From a virus (taxonomy: Duplodnaviria; Heunggongvirae; Uroviricota; Caudoviricetes), in IMG/VR virus record IMGVR_UViG_3300010369_000001: a stretch of 64,000 nt of DNA. One strand, written 5' to 3'. This document shows positions 54,206 through 63,999 of this stretch, in pieces. Below the pieces are notes generated by a model. It saw only the letters and a list, made by a program, of their open reading frames with translations, searched no databases and was not told the DNA's origin. Position numbers and translations under genes: made by a program. Every line of letters starts with the position of its first letter. Position 1 is the first letter of the stretch.

Positions 54206-55633
54206 TTAGTACGCGTTAGCTCTTACTTCATCAAAAGTATATTCTTTCATAATTTTTCCATCACGAAAGACTTCAACCATAGCTGGCTTCCACGTACGGG
54301 TTTGATCGTCATCTTTACCGCGACCCATAAAACTAGTTTCATTAACAGTATAAAACCCGCCGGTATCAGATTTAAACGTGGTAACAAGACCTCGTTTAGA
54401 CTGTTTACCGTGATCCGTAATTGGATCTTTGAACACTTCTTGCCAGCGGCCATCTCGCTCAATGGCGCTGCACTTAAAGGCCATTTTCTGGGTGTCTCTG
54501 TTAAGCTGTTGAAGTAACGCTCCGCCAGAACCGAAAGCGATGTTTTCAGCTGAATAGCCGCGCTGTTGCATTGCATACAAGATAGCATCTATACTTTCAA
54601 TATTAACGCCGTCGCCTTGAATAACGCGGATTTTGTTATTTAGCAGCTTGTAACCTTTATCGCTGATCGTTCCGCCAAACTCGCCCCAAAGAATATCCAT
54701 TACATTCTCATTACCCGTAACCAGTACTTGAATTGGATCACCAGAGTCAGGGCGGATGACCAACGTTCCATCTCGTTCAAGAATCATATCTCGTAATGGA
54801 TAACGACCCCACATTCGACAAGCTTCAAAAATATTGAAAGAATCAGATACACAGGCTACGATACCAGTCGGATAGGCTTCTAGCATATTCTTATAAGCTA
54901 ATATCTCGTCCTCGCGACCCCAGCTTGTTATTGTAGAATGCTCGCTAGCTGGAATACTAAAACCTGCCATATCTGCACCATAGTAATAGCTAGCATATTC
55001 TATAGCTGCCATTGTGTCAGTTCCCTTGAAATTAATCAAGTGAGCCATTCCGCCAAGGCCAGCACTCTCGCAAGAGCTAACTCCTCGAAAACCGAAATCA
55101 TGAAGCTTAAAATCAATACTATCAGCATTACCTTGTGTCTTCATTAGATACTTAGTAATGAGATGTTTCATTTCACGAGACTGTGTCGCAACAGTGCACG
55201 GATACCAAAGCTGCATTAACAATGTTTCAAGATAATTAGTTAACCAGTAACATTTCGGATCCGTATTACAAATAACTACCAACGGATGCCCAGTTGGGAC
55301 AGGAGTTCCTTCTGGAATTGCCCAAATAGAAACGGGTAACCTGCCATCATGTTTATCGTAAATATACTCCCAGCCTTCTTTATTAAACAATCCTGGGCCG
55401 AGATGCTGTTCCATGCGTTGTGCAGCATAGTCAATATTGCCTTTCGTGAAAAGCGGATTATACGGATGATGCAAATACTCTTTTAAAATATATTGCAATC
55501 CAAAGAAAACTGTGTCAGACCATTTGCCGCCGCGTGATTCAAGATAGGAATAAATAGTCTGCGTATTTGGCGGATATTGTCGCCAATGTGATACTTTATA
55601 TGAGTCAGTTAGTAACAGCAGGTTCGGTCTCAT
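54206..55633 (-). CDS. nadV: nicotinamide phosphoribosyltransferase (NadV/NAMPT)
   Basis: LHDFGFRGVSSCESAGLGGMAHLINFKGTDTM; length is consistent with NAMPT. Confidence 0.85.
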   Translation of the reverse strand: MRPNLLLLTDSYKVSHWRQYPPNTQTIYSYLESRGGKWSDTVFFGLQYILKEYLHHPYNPLFTKGNIDYAAQRMEQHLGPGLFNKEGWEYIYDKHDGRLPVSIWAIPEGTPVPTGHPLVVICNTDPKCYWLTNYLETLLMQLWYPCTVATQSREMKHLITKYLMKTQGNADSIDFKLHDFGFRGVSSCESAGLGGMAHLINFKGTDTMAAIEYASYYYGADMAGFSIPASEHSTITSWGREDEILAYKNMLEAYPTGIVACVSDSFNIFEACRMWGRYPLRDMILERDGTLVIRPDSGDPIQVLVTGNENVMDILWGEFGGTISDKGYKLLNNKIRVIQGDGVNIESIDAILYAMQQRGYSAENIAFGSGGALLQQLNRDTQKMAFKCSAIERDGRWQEVFKDPITDHGKQSKRGLVTTFKSDTGGFYTVNETSFMGRGKDDDQTRTWKPAMVEVFRDGKIMKEYTFDEVRANAY

Positions 55634-55994
55634 TTATGGTTTTTTGCTCCCGTTCTTTGAATTTCTTTAATAAGTTCTGTTCATAACTTAGCAATACTGC
55701 ACAATAAAGCTGCTCTAAACCTCCGCCAGGCCCTTGTTCGATTACTCTATTTTCTACAGTTAGCTCATAGAAGTAGTGCGGAATATCGCCATTCCAGTCC
55801 CAAAACCACGTAGCTTGATACCGGCGTTTTTTAGCTATGGCAATTTTAATATCCGTACCGAAACAAGCTTTAAAGCCGCCTGTTTCGCAGATAGTGTTGT
55901 AACCAGCACACCAGATAATATCTTCTACTTTATCTTGAAGCTCAATAAGAATTTCTTCTATTGGCTTACTCAAATCAAATTTTAATTCGCTCAT
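55605..55994 (-). CDS. hypothetical protein
   Basis: 129-aa ORF. Confidence 0.45.
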   Translation of the reverse strand: MSELKFDLSKPIEEILIELQDKVEDIIWCAGYNTICETGGFKACFGTDIKIAIAKKRRYQATWFWDWNGDIPHYFYELTVENRVIEQGPGGGLEQLYCAVLLSYEQNLLKKFKEREQKTINETEPAVTN

Positions 55995-56899
55995 TAGTCT
56001 TTAATGTTAAACATGGGCATTACACCGCCCTCTCCGATAAGTAATGTTTGTGGTACGTCTCCATTCCAGCGATTAATAGCTTCCCACAGTGCCAGCTGAG
56101 GTTTAGCATATTCGAGACGCATACGCATTGATTCAGCTTCCGCTTCAGCTTTAGCTAAAATCGCGCCCGCTTCTCCCTCCGCCTTAGCAATCGCCTGCTT
56201 AGCTTCAACCTCGACTCGTAGAAGCTCATTTTCTGCACGCAAGAACGCCTGCTCAGCTACTACTTTTTGTTCAATTGCTGCATCAAACTCTCGACTGAAA
56301 TTAAAACTCACCACGTTTACCTGAGTTACGATAATTCCGTAATCTGCCAATCGCGTCTCAAGAATTTCCCTCATTTGCTGTGAAACTTCTTGTCGCTGCG
56401 TAATAAGTTCCTCAGCTGTAAATCTAGCAGTCACTGCTTTAAATACTTCAGCTGTGCCCGGCATAATTACAATTGATTCATAACGAATTCCAATATTTCG
56501 GAATAAATCTACAACTTGTGTGCGCTCCAGGTGATAATTTATGATGATCGACGAAGTGACGGTTTGCAAATCTCTTGAAGCAGCTTCGTTACCAGTAACC
56601 TCAGCTTTCTGAATTCGAGTATCAATACTATGCACTTGTGTCAAGAAGGGTGCTACAAAATGAATTCCTTCTGTTAACTCTGAATCACGCGCAGTGCCTA
56701 AAAACACACTAACGCCTACATAACCGGGCTGTACAATACGGATAGACTTAAACGTTCCTATTACAATAAGCAGAATAAAAATAGTTAAAATTGTCCATTT
56801 AATAATAGGTTTTGCTTCCTCCCATTCACGTTGCGACATTGCGATCTCCTCTAATTGTTTAAGGTTATTAAAAAATTCTATTTGTTTATTTTTTCTCAT
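55994..56899 (-). CDS. SPFH/band-7 (stomatin/prohibitin/HflKC-like) membrane protein
   Basis: N-terminal TM ILTIFILLIVIGTF, then an SPFH core IVQPGYVGVSVFLGT...GIHFVAPFL...IDTRIQ and a coiled-coil/Ala-rich C-terminus. Confidence 0.7.
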   Translation of the reverse strand: MRKNKQIEFFNNLKQLEEIAMSQREWEEAKPIIKWTILTIFILLIVIGTFKSIRIVQPGYVGVSVFLGTARDSELTEGIHFVAPFLTQVHSIDTRIQKAEVTGNEAASRDLQTVTSSIIINYHLERTQVVDLFRNIGIRYESIVIMPGTAEVFKAVTARFTAEELITQRQEVSQQMREILETRLADYGIIVTQVNVVSFNFSREFDAAIEQKVVAEQAFLRAENELLRVEVEAKQAIAKAEGEAGAILAKAEAEAESMRMRLEYAKPQLALWEAINRWNGDVPQTLLIGEGGVMPMFNIKD

Positions 56900-57279
56900 T
56901 TAGGGTCAGATAATTCGCAGCAAAAATATAACGGGATGCTGCCGTCCTCATTAGTAGTTACTGGATTGTGATGAGACGGCATATACATGTCCCACGTATA
57001 ACCCCTAACTAACCATTCTTTAACGTGCTCAACTATGCGCACAGCATCTAGATCATCTTTTTCATATGCTTTCTTTAAACTACCATTAAAACTTTCACCA
57101 CCATATTCAAAAATAAATTTTATGACTGTATAAAGATGTGTTTCGCGCACTGCACGGTACGCTTCTTCTTGCGACGCATACCCGCCGGATTCCCAGCGCA
57201 CAACATTTTCTTCTTTTGGGCCAGGAATGCATAACTTAAAAGTATACTTAAGCGGCTTGTTAGGGCTTTTTAACGACAT
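56896..57279 (-). CDS. hypothetical protein
   Basis: 127-aa ORF. Confidence 0.45.
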   Translation of the reverse strand: MSLKSPNKPLKYTFKLCIPGPKEENVVRWESGGYASQEEAYRAVRETHLYTVIKFIFEYGGESFNGSLKKAYEKDDLDAVRIVEHVKEWLVRGYTWDMYMPSHHNPVTTNEDGSIPLYFCCELSDPK

Positions 57280-58012
57280 TAGCTAATCTCTCCTTGTTGC
57301 TCTCAAGAAATTGCATTATTTCCGCAAGTAACTGATCCTTCTTTGCTGCTGTGCGCGTCGTTTCCCAGCCGCCCTGGTTATGAACATAGTTAATGAGCCG
57401 ATACATAGACACAAACTTATCTATACCATTGACTATCCGTTCATTTTGACTGCGCAACTGTTCTTCAGCGACCGCTATCTCTTCAAGTTCAGATAAATTG
57501 ACAACAATTTTAAATTCCTTACAAAAAGCTTTAAGGTTATTTAATTGCTGATAATTTGAGAAAGTATATCCTTCACGCGGGCCTATAACAATGGTAGTAT
57601 AAGGTTTTATATTTCCTCCCGAAGTATATATGTACCTAACGCGCAATATATTACCGCCCTCAAGAATTAAATCGTGCCCGTACAACGAAGATGGCATCAC
57701 AGCTGATGTCCGGTAATTTGTAAAATCATTTATATCAGGTGACATAAATTTTAATACAAATTTACCGCTATCTTTTTCCATAAAAACTGTGTGCGGTAAA
57801 GAGAGAACATAACGCAACAAAATTACTTTTATCTCGTCCTGTTCAACAAACTTATGCAACTCCTTATTTTTTGCAAAATATTCGGCAGCACTATTTTCAT
57901 AATCAACTTCAAGACGCGCTAGTTCAAAAGTTCTATCTATATATTTTCGAACAACAGCGTCAGCTTGTTTTCGAGCCCCATCGCATTGCAACCCAACTAA
58001 AAAATCAGACAT
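57260..58012 (-). CDS. hypothetical protein
   Basis: 250-aa ORF. Confidence 0.5.
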   Translation of the reverse strand: MSDFLVGLQCDGARKQADAVVRKYIDRTFELARLEVDYENSAAEYFAKNKELHKFVEQDEIKVILLRYVLSLPHTVFMEKDSGKFVLKFMSPDINDFTNYRTSAVMPSSLYGHDLILEGGNILRVRYIYTSGGNIKPYTTIVIGPREGYTFSNYQQLNNLKAFCKEFKIVVNLSELEEIAVAEEQLRSQNERIVNGIDKFVSMYRLINYVHNQGGWETTRTAAKKDQLLAEIMQFLESNKERLANVVKKP

Positions 58013-59972
58013 TTATTTCAGTTCCTTCAATTTGGTCAATAAGCTCTTGCTTAAGTTCCTTAATATTTGAATAAGATAAGTATTGTATTTCAGGGTACTT
58101 TCCCCTTAATACGTGAGTATAAAAGTAATGAACCCCGTAACAGCAGCAAGCAGTAAAGTCATCGGGCTGTTGAGAAGTGGCGCTACGAATAATAGTATAT
58201 ACATCAGAGGCGAAATTCGTACTATGCTTGTCCTCAACAAGCGACAAGAAATCATCCACCAATCCAAGCTTACCTCCTTCAACTGTGTCATACTGAAAAA
58301 ACCTAACATATCCTTGCTTTATGAAAGAAATCAACCACATCAAGCCCCTAGCTTTATCTAAATTATAGCCTGACCTGTCCCCCGTGCGCATGTCACCAGC
58401 TACCCACTGGGCAATAGCTCCTCGACGTATTCGACAATAATATATACGACAAAAGACATCGTCTGGAACTCCGAGCATACGCAACTGTGTCTCACGAGCT
58501 GACCCGCTGCCCTGTCCGTCATGAACAATCTTAGTAGCTAAGAACATTTTTTTGATGTTCAAGATGGTACCTATTTCTTTTTCATGATCATGCGGAGTAA
58601 GAGAACGATAACCAAAAGGAATATCAATCTTACCGTCATAACGCAAACAACAAACCGCAATAGTGGTGAAGGAAACTTCGTTAGCTCCTCCACCGCCCCA
58701 GTCTACGCTAATTATTACATCTTGGTAAATACCGGTTTTAAATTGTTTCTTAACGTGCTCAGCTGCCTCTTGGATACGATTGACACTTGTGGGCAGCTTA
58801 CACGCCTCCTTTAATTCAGTAAGTGTAATAAGTCGGGAACTGCCGTCATAAGATACGCCGCATATTTCGTTATAAAATTTAGCAGGAGTCGTATTATCCG
58901 CACCTTCCCGATAACCCAATAATTTATTCCAAGAAGCGCTGTCTTCACAGTGCTGAGGCAAGACTAGCTGAGGTACATGGTAGCCTACATTTTCCCATCT
59001 CTTTTCTGGGTGCGCATGTACCCACATACCTTGTCTAGTATCCAGCGGTTTACCGCATCTTTTCTTTTGCCCGGCCAGTAGGCCAGCACAGACAATACCA
59101 GGAGTTTCTCGACTTACTTTCCACCTAGGCACACGAGGCCCAATCATCGCATCCAAATCTGCATCAAGGCTAGGATTATTCCAATGACCGCAACTAGCGC
59201 AGCGAATGCACCATTCAGCTTTGCTGCTAATAGCCCAGTATTGCTCCATAGTGTTGTCCATGGTTTTGGGTGTACCGAAACGTCGTATAAAACGTAAATG
59301 GCGAGGAGCAGAAGCTGCGCACTGATTAATAATAGGAGGATATTCAGGATCAAAGTCACCGATTTCGTCGTAGAAAATTGCGTATGTTGAAATACCTCGA
59401 CATCTAGTTACAGAAGTAAAGGCGTATGAGAAATATAAAATTGATCGATTTATGAAATCGCGTTGAAGGATCGAATCAGAACATTGTGCATTTACCATGA
59501 GACCTCTAATCGGCGACTCATGAATAAAAGGCTTCACATAGTTCTGAGATAATCTTCGCACCTGCTCAAACAGCGGCGTCACTGTTAATATTCTCATGTG
59601 AGGTATTAACATAGCTAGTCCCACCGCCGATGCCGCTATTGTCATGCTCTTTCCCACCTGACGGCCGGCACATATCACAGCATTGGACGCAATTTGGGTT
59701 GAGAAAATAGGCTCAAAGAAAAAATGGCGATCTAACGTGTAAGGCTTCTGGTCGAGATTAAACATCAATGGCAAAACATTTACCATCGATAAATTTACGC
59801 CCTCTAGAATATTAGAAATATTCTGTAAAATTGTTTTAGCGTTATCATAATTAACTTCACCAGTTTTTATGGCCTTAGCTAATGTACTGAGCTGCTTTCC
59901 TTCTATTGAGCTGGTGCTTTCACCAGCTCGAACCGTCCTGACTTCAGGTGACGGTAATTTTATGCGCGTCAT
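58005..59972 (-). CDS. terL: terminase large subunit
   Basis: Walker A-like ICAGRQVGKSM (compare T4 gp17 SRQLGKT), a downstream acidic Walker B-like YAIFYDEIGDF, and 655 aa length. Those three features are the whole basis for this call. Confidence 0.7.
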   Translation of the reverse strand: MTRIKLPSPEVRTVRAGESTSSIEGKQLSTLAKAIKTGEVNYDNAKTILQNISNILEGVNLSMVNVLPLMFNLDQKPYTLDRHFFFEPIFSTQIASNAVICAGRQVGKSMTIAASAVGLAMLIPHMRILTVTPLFEQVRRLSQNYVKPFIHESPIRGLMVNAQCSDSILQRDFINRSILYFSYAFTSVTRCRGISTYAIFYDEIGDFDPEYPPIINQCAASAPRHLRFIRRFGTPKTMDNTMEQYWAISSKAEWCIRCASCGHWNNPSLDADLDAMIGPRVPRWKVSRETPGIVCAGLLAGQKKRCGKPLDTRQGMWVHAHPEKRWENVGYHVPQLVLPQHCEDSASWNKLLGYREGADNTTPAKFYNEICGVSYDGSSRLITLTELKEACKLPTSVNRIQEAAEHVKKQFKTGIYQDVIISVDWGGGGANEVSFTTIAVCCLRYDGKIDIPFGYRSLTPHDHEKEIGTILNIKKMFLATKIVHDGQGSGSARETQLRMLGVPDDVFCRIYYCRIRRGAIAQWVAGDMRTGDRSGYNLDKARGLMWLISFIKQGYVRFFQYDTVEGGKLGLVDDFLSLVEDKHSTNFASDVYTIIRSATSQQPDDFTACCCYGVHYFYTHVLRGKYPEIQYLSYSNIKELKQELIDQIEGTEINV

Positions 59973-59987
59973 AGCCTATATTATAAG

Positions 59988-60233
59988 CTAATCCTCGTCC
60001 TTAGCTACTGGACTTATCGCAACTATCTTTTGCTCAGCTGTAGAATCAAAATCCCAGTAAAAGTTACCGACCTTTAATTCGTCTCTCGTCGGATCAACAT
60101 GAAATCCAGACGACGTATTCATATAAAAATAGTTTTTAACCAAGTCGGCAGCTTGTGCCCTGCCTTCTGCCTTAATATATACTTCGCCGCCAAATGTGAA
60201 TTGAACATCTAGCTTAAATGTCTGTGTACTCAT
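59988..60233 (-). CDS. small hypothetical protein (start moved from TTG at 60251 to ATG at 60231-60233)
   Basis: MSTQTFKLDVQFTFGGEVYIK...; a terminator hairpin lies about 30 nt upstream. Confidence 0.35.
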   Translation of the reverse strand: MSTQTFKLDVQFTFGGEVYIKAEGRAQAADLVKNYFYMNTSSGFHVDPTRDELKVGNFYWDFDSTAEQKIVAISPVAKDED

Positions 60234-60252
60234 GTGTAAAAGAGAGGTCAAT

Positions 60253-60283
60253 GGTAAAAAGGGGCTCCAAGTTCTTTGGAGCC
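60253..60283 (-). terminator. rho-independent terminator (minus strand)
   Basis: GGCTCCAA-AGAAC-TTGGAGCC hairpin (60263-60283) followed on the minus strand by CCUUUUUACC. Confidence 0.45.
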
Positions 60284-60436
60284 GTATATTCAGAAGAAAT
60301 CGCAGTATGCACAGCTAACTAGATGACTTACCGCAAGGAAAAAATTCTTGTTTTATATTCAAAAAGTTGTATCAGTTACCCAATACGCATAATCAAACTA
60401 TAAACAAGAAATCTTCCTTGCAGTAAAGTCACCTAG

Positions 60437-61789
60437 CTAGGCGCATACCGCGATTTCTTCTGATGGGACGTTGACGGTTACTGTTTGACCGCCCAACGTT
60501 AAATCTTTTTCTCCTTTGAGAGCTTTTGCCGCTTCTTCATAGCTTTGAATCACCATGTCAGCGTCAATCCACTGTTGCCAGACTTCAAGCGTCTTTCCAA
60601 TCTTGGAAAGATCTTTCCAACGCTTTGAACCTTCTTCCAGTGTATCCCGTTGAGTCATTAACTCATCATAAAGGGTTGGAGCATAAGAAAAGAATCGCTC
60701 CATGTCGTGACAGCGTAACGCGGCCTGTACTCCCTTTGGGATATGGTTATCGCCGGTTGGTTGATAACCTGTCAGGTAGCCTTTATCAAAAGCTTCCTGT
60801 AGTTCGCTCTCAGGTACGTATTGCCTGTACTTCTTCTGAAGAGTGACCCTTATGACACTGCCTATGAAAAGCGCACTGTCACGGGTTTCATCCACAAAGC
60901 CCAGGTATACATGCCTACCATCACTGATCTCTTGGCGAATGAAGCTGTACACCAGCCGAGTGATAACATTGTACAGCGCGGGCTTGAGAACCCCGCGAAT
61001 GTTGTGCAAAGTTTCCCTTGCGACGTAAATGTTACATCCGGTAGAATCTTGGATGAATTGCAACATGGCGAGGTAAACCTCTTTCTTGGTATTCAAGAAA
61101 TCCAAAATACATCGGCCTTGTATCCTGTTACCATCTTGATCCACACGGTAGTCGCAGAGAAGCTCACCATAGCGTGCTTCTATACCGTCTGTGAACTCCA
61201 CCAACTGTTCTTCAACGGAATTTACTCCGTCGGGATACCAGCATTCATTCAGCGATTCAAGCCCGTGCATCGACAAAAGTCGAATGGAATGCACGCCTTC
61301 GATGTACGAAGGTCTGCCGTCTTTGTCCTTATCCTTGATCTCTCTGGTAGAGAAGATCACTGTCCTTTTACGGAACAGTTCGAACTGGCCGGCAAAGAGT
61401 TCCTGAAATCGCCCGATCTCATACACATCCCTGTCATAGCCGTTTCCAGCATGAGCCTGAACATGTGTATACCGTTTATCGTATGCGTATTTCTCAGAAC
61501 GCATAGGAGAGCGTTGATAGCGCTTTTTCTCGTCAGCCACGGTTTTCGGCTGAGAGCTAGGTTGCCCTTTGGGGGGATTGGTGGGTGTCACCACAGCAGC
61601 CTGAATCTCCTGTTCGCTACTGGTAATGGACTGACTCCCACTGTCGGGTAGTCCATTTGTGTTGGTCTCTGTATCACCCTCCTGGGCAATGACATCGGAG
61701 GAGACCGATTGTTGTGTGTTGAGGTGTTCCTCATCATTATAAACTCCTTCTAAATAATTTACGTTAGTGGTTTCTGCTGATGTAATCAT
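60437..61789 (-). CDS. hypothetical protein
   Basis: 450-aa ORF with an acidic/Q-rich N-terminus; no motif assigned. Confidence 0.5.
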   Translation of the reverse strand: MITSAETTNVNYLEGVYNDEEHLNTQQSVSSDVIAQEGDTETNTNGLPDSGSQSITSSEQEIQAAVVTPTNPPKGQPSSQPKTVADEKKRYQRSPMRSEKYAYDKRYTHVQAHAGNGYDRDVYEIGRFQELFAGQFELFRKRTVIFSTREIKDKDKDGRPSYIEGVHSIRLLSMHGLESLNECWYPDGVNSVEEQLVEFTDGIEARYGELLCDYRVDQDGNRIQGRCILDFLNTKKEVYLAMLQFIQDSTGCNIYVARETLHNIRGVLKPALYNVITRLVYSFIRQEISDGRHVYLGFVDETRDSALFIGSVIRVTLQKKYRQYVPESELQEAFDKGYLTGYQPTGDNHIPKGVQAALRCHDMERFFSYAPTLYDELMTQRDTLEEGSKRWKDLSKIGKTLEVWQQWIDADMVIQSYEEAAKALKGEKDLTLGGQTVTVNVPSEEIAVCA

Positions 61790-61909
61790 TCAGTATTCCA
61801 AGCTAACTATTTGCCCTTTTTGCCCGCCAACCGTGACGCCACAAAAATCATAAAAAGCATCGTGCTTATATGAACTAAGAGAGCTTAACAACTATATATG
61901 CCATAAACT

Positions 61910-62518
61910 CTAAGAAGATTTAAGAATCAGCTTATTTTTAGCTGCCTTTTTGCGAGACGCTTTTTTCACCGGTTTTGTGTCTGTTGACTTAATTACTGTC
62001 TTAACTACACCCGCCTCCTCAGCTGCTTCCCTAGCTAACTTATTTTCAAAATGAGCTGGATTAATAAAGATTTGAGATTTCTTAGCCAATTCCTTTTGTT
62101 TTTCAGCCTCAATCGCCATTTCCTTACGCCACTCTTTTTTAGCTTCTTTTAATTCCTTATCCGTTTTGCGAATTAGTCCGCCACCCTGTTCGTCTTGTAA
62201 ACAAGCTACGTCGTAAACTTTAGTGCGAAATTCATTAAGAAAATTCCAGATAACAGTTTTCGTAACGTGATAATCCTTAGGATTTTTCTCCATATCCCTA
62301 AGAAATAGTTTTAAAGCTTGAGCTACCCTCAAGAGAACTTCCTGAGGATGACCGTAGCTAGGTTTACTGTCAGGCTTATTTGGATCGGCACACATTATCA
62401 GCCCGCCTTCGGCCCAATATTTTAGAGGTTTCTGCCCAGACTTAATCATAGCTGGAAATTCGACCGTATTATTTTGAGTATGATGCCGCTGACCAGCGTA
62501 TGAAATTATCTTTGACAT
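61910..62518 (-). CDS. hypothetical protein with Lys-rich C-terminus
   Basis: 202 aa ending in KKASRKKAAKNKLILKSS; its start diverges from the plus-strand ORF at 62500. Confidence 0.45.
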   Translation of the reverse strand: MSKIISYAGQRHHTQNNTVEFPAMIKSGQKPLKYWAEGGLIMCADPNKPDSKPSYGHPQEVLLRVAQALKLFLRDMEKNPKDYHVTKTVIWNFLNEFRTKVYDVACLQDEQGGGLIRKTDKELKEAKKEWRKEMAIEAEKQKELAKKSQIFINPAHFENKLAREAAEEAGVVKTVIKSTDTKPVKKASRKKAAKNKLILKSS

Positions 62519-63639
62519 ATTCTGTTTTTAAGGTTCTTTTCATCGATTATAATAGGAATAGTCATAGAAGCCAAGTCTCCGCGATAGAATTTTCGATGAA
62601 TTTCCCCACTTCTGAACTTATTTCATTTGGTAAGCAATTTGGCCTACCGTCTTACATTAAGGCAGCTTCCACAAAGAACTTTGAAGAAATAAGCGATCCG
62701 CAAACCAAGGTCGGTTGCTATCTTGCAAAATTCGCTTCCCTCAACGGCACACAGCATATTTCTACTTCGGAGCTAAATAAAAGAGCACAAATCCTAAATA
62801 TTTCTGAAGATATTGCACAATTAGATCACGATTACAGGGCATTTCAAAACCCAGCCCCTATAAAAACAGCAGCCCCAACCGAAAAGTATCCAATCAGAAA
62901 CGCCAATGAGTACATAGCGGCGCTTGAATGGCTAAAAAAGAATGCATATGCCATTCCTTTACCGGAGCGACGAGAACTGGCGGAAAACCTGCTCGAGAAA
63001 GCAGCTTCTTTTGATGTTGAAGCCGATGAATGTCTAACTATGTACGCCGGCCAGCGGATTGGAGATATAAAACAAATAATTCCTAATTTGTTGAAGAGAG
63101 CTGAATTAATACGAAATAGCCGACTTCATCCAGTTAGCGTAAGGGAAAAAACGGCAAGTGAATTGGAAGCGGTAGCTGAGCTAGCTAACCTCCAGCCAAA
63201 TAACACTTTACAGCAAGACAATTTAGATAAAATTGCTGCCACTTTGCAATTTATCGACAATGAGTACGGACTACAAGGTCATTACTCTAATGGCTTCATC
63301 AATGAGCCTGACGCAGTTTTTGTTCACGGCACGAAAGTAGCTGAAGATATTCTCGAATATGGCTATCAGTATCACGATGCTGTATACGACATGCGAGACT
63401 TTGAGCAAATTAAAGTAGCTGCCATCATTGAAACTTTAGGAGAAGACTTCGCCAGTGTAATGACTGATGGATTGTCACTTGATCATCAAAAGATCGGAAC
63501 AGTTCTTAGCGTAATGACTGACCTAGAAAAAACTATGTTTAATGACTTAATTAAAGAAGCGGGTATTAGACCAAAGTTTTATCATAGAGAAACAGTCAAT
63601 CTTAAAGAGTTGGGCAAAGAGTTAGCTAATTTGGCATAA
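62500..63639 (+). CDS. hypothetical protein (only long plus-strand gene apart from the GIY-YIG endonuclease)
   Basis: 379-aa ORF. The ATG at 62500 overlaps the divergent minus-strand start. A TATAAT at about 62549 and an internal Met (MNFPTSE, about 62596) make the true start uncertain. Confidence 0.45.
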   Translation: MKLSLTYSVFKVLFIDYNRNSHRSQVSAIEFSMNFPTSELISFGKQFGLPSYIKAASTKNFEEISDPQTKVGCYLAKFASLNGTQHISTSELNKRAQILNISEDIAQLDHDYRAFQNPAPIKTAAPTEKYPIRNANEYIAALEWLKKNAYAIPLPERRELAENLLEKAASFDVEADECLTMYAGQRIGDIKQIIPNLLKRAELIRNSRLHPVSVREKTASELEAVAELANLQPNNTLQQDNLDKIAATLQFIDNEYGLQGHYSNGFINEPDAVFVHGTKVAEDILEYGYQYHDAVYDMRDFEQIKVAAIIETLGEDFASVMTDGLSLDHQKIGTVLSVMTDLEKTMFNDLIKEAGIRPKFYHRETVNLKELGKELANLA

Positions 63640-63807
63640 CTTTTAAAATTTTTCTAGAAATTGCGTAAAGTGGCAACATAGCTAGCTACTTTGCGCTATA
63701 ATTACGTATAGTCAGGTTCACGACATTAACTGCCCGCGTGCCCCGCGTCAACATTGGGTTATGTATTCGCCATGCTAGCCGGTAACTCATGGCGATTTTT
63801 TACGTCT

Positions 63808-63847
63808 AAAAAAAACGGGAGCTAGTAGCTAGCTCCCTTCTTTTCAG
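63808..63847. terminator. bidirectional rho-independent terminator between convergent genes
   Basis: An A-run (63808-63815) precedes the 8-bp stem GGGAGCTA/TAGCTCCC (63817-63837, loop GTAGC), which is followed by TTCTTTTC (63838-63845). Confidence 0.5.
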
Positions 63848-63999
63848 TTCTCACCAGGCAGCTTCGGTACATTAATAGTTCCGATGTTGGTTAGATCTAT
63901 AGTGTACTGTCGTTTCTGACAAGTTCCGCACTCGTAGCATCCGCCCCCTGTTATGAAGGTATCGCACCGATGCTTATATGATGGCGGCTGAATAGATTT
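63845..63999 (-). CDS. partial CDS (C-terminal 51 aa of a gene entering from beyond the window end), Cys-rich
   Basis: My own translation: ...KHRCDTFITGGGCYECGTCQKRQYTIDLTNIGTINVPKLPGEN, stop at 63845-63847. Confidence 0.3.

Noticed and set aside
60821-61651. 276-aa plus-strand ORF antisense to gene 60437..61789
   Set aside because: It is fully embedded antisense in a longer ORF and has hydrophobic, low-information composition. It is also on the non-dominant strand.
63641-63800. Sigma-70-like promoter (TTGACG-N17-TAATGT on the minus strand) downstream of the plus-strand gene
   Set aside because: It would drive antisense transcription into the convergent terminator. A single hexamer match is not enough evidence.
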